Of a stretch of DNA of 64,000 nt, positions 61,626 to 64,000 are shown in pieces; positions within the stretch are counted from its first letter, which is position 1, and every line of letters begins with the position of its first letter. The notes below the pieces were generated by a model. The model did not search any database. It was given only the letters and a program-made list of their open reading frames with translations, and was not told where the DNA came from. A program made the position numbers and the translations under genes. Source of the stretch: Alphaproteobacteria bacterium (GTDB lineage: Bacteria > Pseudomonadota > Alphaproteobacteria > SP197). The DNA is taken from contig OZ241369.1 of the NCBI GenBank assembly GCA_965200215.1, forward strand, positions 1,387,071-1,451,070, read 5' to 3'.

Positions 61626-62462
61626 ATGTCGGACAAGATACTCCGATTGAAAGACATCTGGCCCATCGAGAATGTTCATGATCACAAAGTTCACTTTGCT
61701 CACGGGAGTGAGGGATGGCGACCGCTTGATGTCTGGGTAGGTGATAGAGAAGAGTGGTATGGGTGGCAGGCCCATTATCCTGGGAGAGATGAGTTCAACA
61801 GGAATTACATCTTTACGCTCATGGATTTCTACCACGAAAGCGATGTCTGGTTGTTCGGAGGAATCTTTCGTGTCTTGGGCTGCCATGAAGACAGTAAAGA
61901 ACCGAAAGGGTATCGTTACGAAGTCGAATTGACAGATCACGGGGAAGCTTTCATCGGTCGTTTGAAGTTGCGATCAGGGTACAGGTCTCGGCCTCGGCGC
62001 GTCAATTTCGAGAATCATTACGATGCATTCGAAGTCTCGGAAATTCTGCGCGAACCGTATTCAGGACGCGCATTCCCTGGCTATGAAAGCATCGACATCC
62101 ACTTCCCCGAGCTGGAAGCCCTGATGCGAAACGACAGGCCCGACTGGAAGTCAGCTCTGGAGAATGTGCAAGGCGTCTATATGATCACCGACACAAGCAC
62201 AGGTAAGCGATATGTCGGATCGGCATATGGAGACTCGGGCATCTGGCAAAGGTGGGCAGGTTACGCCGCTTCGGGCCATGGGTGGAACAAGGAGCTTGTG
62301 GAACTGACGGGCGACAACGGCTTGGGCTACGCCAGAGAGAAATTCCGCTTCGCACTGCTTGAGTACTGCCCGGCCCGAATGCCCGACGAGGCTGTTATTG
62401 CGCGCGAAAGCTTTTGGAAGAACGCTCTGTTGACCAGAGAATACGGCCTCAACCTGAACTAA
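61626..62462 (+). CDS. GIY-YIG nuclease with an uncharacterised N-terminal domain
   Basis: GVYMITD...GKRYVGSA, W.RW..Y, RE.FWK, GLN.N; GGAG RBS; visibly lower GC than host genes. Confidence 0.9.
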   Translation: MSDKILRLKDIWPIENVHDHKVHFAHGSEGWRPLDVWVGDREEWYGWQAHYPGRDEFNRNYIFTLMDFYHESDVWLFGGIFRVLGCHEDSKEPKGYRYEVELTDHGEAFIGRLKLRSGYRSRPRRVNFENHYDAFEVSEILREPYSGRAFPGYESIDIHFPELEALMRNDRPDWKSALENVQGVYMITDTSTGKRYVGSAYGDSGIWQRWAGYAASGHGWNKELVELTGDNGLGYAREKFRFALLEYCPARMPDEAVIARESFWKNALLTREYGLNLN

Positions 62463-62468
62463 ACTCCA

Positions 62469-62488
62469 CTAGTGGCACCGGTTTGAAG
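62469..62488 (-). repeat. variant copy of the terminal arm at the junction between the GIY-YIG gene and the next gene
   Basis: CTAGTGGCACCGGTTTGAAG versus GTAGTGCCCCGGTTTGAAA (one extra base). Confidence 0.5.
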
Positions 62489-62512
62489 CTCGCAAACGAT
62501 GAGAGAGTTGCC

Positions 62513-62743
62513 ATGCAATACTGGGCTTACGAGAACTGGCGTGCGCATGGTCATCGGACCACGATTCACGAAGCCGCGTGCCCTCACTGCAAAGATGGGA
62601 AAGGGCAACGTGGAGGGACGGATCCTGCTAACGGTACATGGCATGATCTCGGGGAATGTGAAGGGCGAGACGAAGCGATGACCAAGGCACGGGCTATGAT
62701 TGCTGAAGGGAGCATTAGCTACTGTGGAAACTGTTGCCGATAG
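62513..62743 (+). CDS. 76-aa putative Zn-binding protein
   Basis: GAGAG RBS; IHEAACPHC ... YCGNC ligand pattern. Confidence 0.7.
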   Translation: MQYWAYENWRAHGHRTTIHEAACPHCKDGKGQRGGTDPANGTWHDLGECEGRDEAMTKARAMIAEGSISYCGNCCR

Positions 62744-62829
62744 AAGAGCTTCTGTTTACCACTCGCCCACGAAATCGCCTGCCCTGTTGTGAATCGCCCT
62801 CTCGACCTTCGAAGCGAGCGAAGATAAGG

Positions 62830-63117
62830 CTATCCGCTCGGAAGCCTGTCTATCAGCGCGATCATAAGCCCCCCGAGGAGGGCCGTAATGGCGGCGACAA
62901 TGGCCAGTCCCTGCCACCAGAGAGCATGATACAAGTCCTTCTTGGTCGCATGATGCTTGGTGGCTTCTTCGATGCGAGCGATCCTTTCGTTGTCTTTCGC
63001 GGCCTTGCCGATGTTGCGGGCGATGGCCTCTGCCTGCCTTTCCGCGATGCCCGTTTCTTTCAACTCCTGTGCCGCTTCCAGCGTGTCGAAGGCGGGCGCT
63101 GCCTGTGCCATGTTCAT
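62830..63117 (-). CDS. DUF1640/CCDC90-like membrane-anchored coiled-coil protein (short)
   Basis: FDTL.....L...G....QAEA head, ATK.DL beta-layer motif, C-terminal TM helix; GGGAG RBS. Confidence 0.75.
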   Translation of the reverse strand: MNMAQAAPAFDTLEAAQELKETGIAERQAEAIARNIGKAAKDNERIARIEEATKHHATKKDLYHALWWQGLAIVAAITALLGGLMIALIDRLPSG

Positions 63118-63213
63118 TCTCTCCCTGGCTGCCGCCAGGATACGGCCGGTCTCAATTCATCGCATACATGAAACCCTGCTACCATATCGGCGTCAAGCCT
63201 TTCCCGGACCTCT

Positions 63214-64000
63214 TCACGCATGAATCGCCCGCCCGGCCACGGCCAGGGCGGCTTCGCGCACCGCTTCCGAGAAGGTGGGATGGGCGTGGCAGGTGCGGGC
63301 GATGTCTTCCGACGAGGCGCCGAATTCCATGGCGACGGCAGCGGCGGCGGCGAGCTCGCCGGCCGCCTGGCCCAGGATGTGGACGCCCAGCACCCGGTCG
63401 GTCTTCGCGTCCGCCAGCACCTTCACCATGCCGTCCGTTCTGCCGGCCGCCCGCGCGCGGCTGTTGGCCAGCATGGCGAAGCGCCCGGCGACATAGTCGG
63501 CGCCGGCGGCCTTCAGCTCCTCCTCGGTTTTGCCCAGCTGCGCCGCCTCCGGCGCGGTATAGACGACGCCCGGGACGACATCGTAGTTCACATGGCCCGC
63601 CCGCCCGGCGACGTTTTCGGCCACGGCGATGCCTTCCTCCTCCGCCTTGTGGGCCAGCATCGGACCGGCCACGCAATCGCCGATGGCGAAGATGCCCTTC
63701 GCGCCGGTGGCGAAGCGGCGATCGACGGCGATGCGGCCCCGGTCGTCGGTCGCCACCCCCGCCTCTTCCAGGCCCAGGCCAACGCTGTGGGGGCGGCGCC
63801 CGACCGCCATCAGCACCGCGTCGCAGGCGAGCGTTTCGCCCGCGCCCTCCTTGCCGCCGGCGGGCGTCAGGGTGAGCCGCAGCCCGTCGCCGTCGCCCTC
63901 CACGGCGGTCAATGCGGTGCCCAGGCGGAAGGCCATGCCCTGTTTCTCCAGGCTGCGCTTCAGCTGGCGGGCGATCTCGCCATCCATGCCGGCGGCGACG
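63214..64000 (-). CDS. lpdA: dihydrolipoamide dehydrogenase, C-terminal part (truncated by window edge)
   Basis: AIGD..AGPMLAHKAEEEG, P.VVYT.PE, ASSEDIARTCHAHPT.SE. Confidence 0.96.
   Translation of the reverse strand, partial: VAAGMDGEIARQLKRSLEKQGMAFRLGTALTAVEGDGDGLRLTLTPAGGKEGAGETLACDAVLMAVGRRPHSVGLGLEEAGVATDDRGRIAVDRRFATGAKGIFAIGDCVAGPMLAHKAEEEGIAVAENVAGRAGHVNYDVVPGVVYTAPEAAQLGKTEEELKAAGADYVAGRFAMLANSRARAAGRTDGMVKVLADAKTDRVLGVHILGQAAGELAAAAAVAMEFGASSEDIARTCHAHPTFSEAVREAALAVAGRAIHA

Overview
A very GC-rich alphaproteobacterial chromosomal segment (Rhodospirillales-like gene order; inferred, not database-checked). Core genes: pyk, aroC, fabI, pdxH, maf-RNase G-like-yacG-tRNA-Phe, tRNA-Pro, ispB, zur with a Zn ABC transporter, msrA, atpHAGDC, priA, transaldolase-DUF484-xerC, lpdA. 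These are interleaved with many catabolic genes: OYE flavoprotein, 2OG oxygenase, a DUF1989 pair, two tandem DddP-like M24 enzymes, two tandem non-Pyl MttB-family proteins, GMC oxidoreductase, an acyl-CoA cluster with an ACAD10/11-type dehydrogenase plus kinase, pimFBCD-like genes and a strongly divergent urocanase homologue. No transposase, integrase, phage or CRISPR array is visible. Structure the ORFs do not explain: (i) a 19-bp arm, TTTCAAACYGRGGCACTAC, present five times, which brackets a 442-bp cargo-carrying element as inverted repeats and also sits at a gene junction in a low-GC GIY-YIG islet; (ii) a 74-bp multi-hairpin repeat (4 copies); (iii) a 33-bp hairpin repeat (4 loci), always in the same orientation at gene 3' ends, that has been recruited into two protein C-termini and probably into the aroC ribosome-binding site; (iv) a 35-bp tandem array. 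Also noted: an unannotated 36-aa membrane ORF coupled inside the zur operon. All product calls come from motif recognition by eye.
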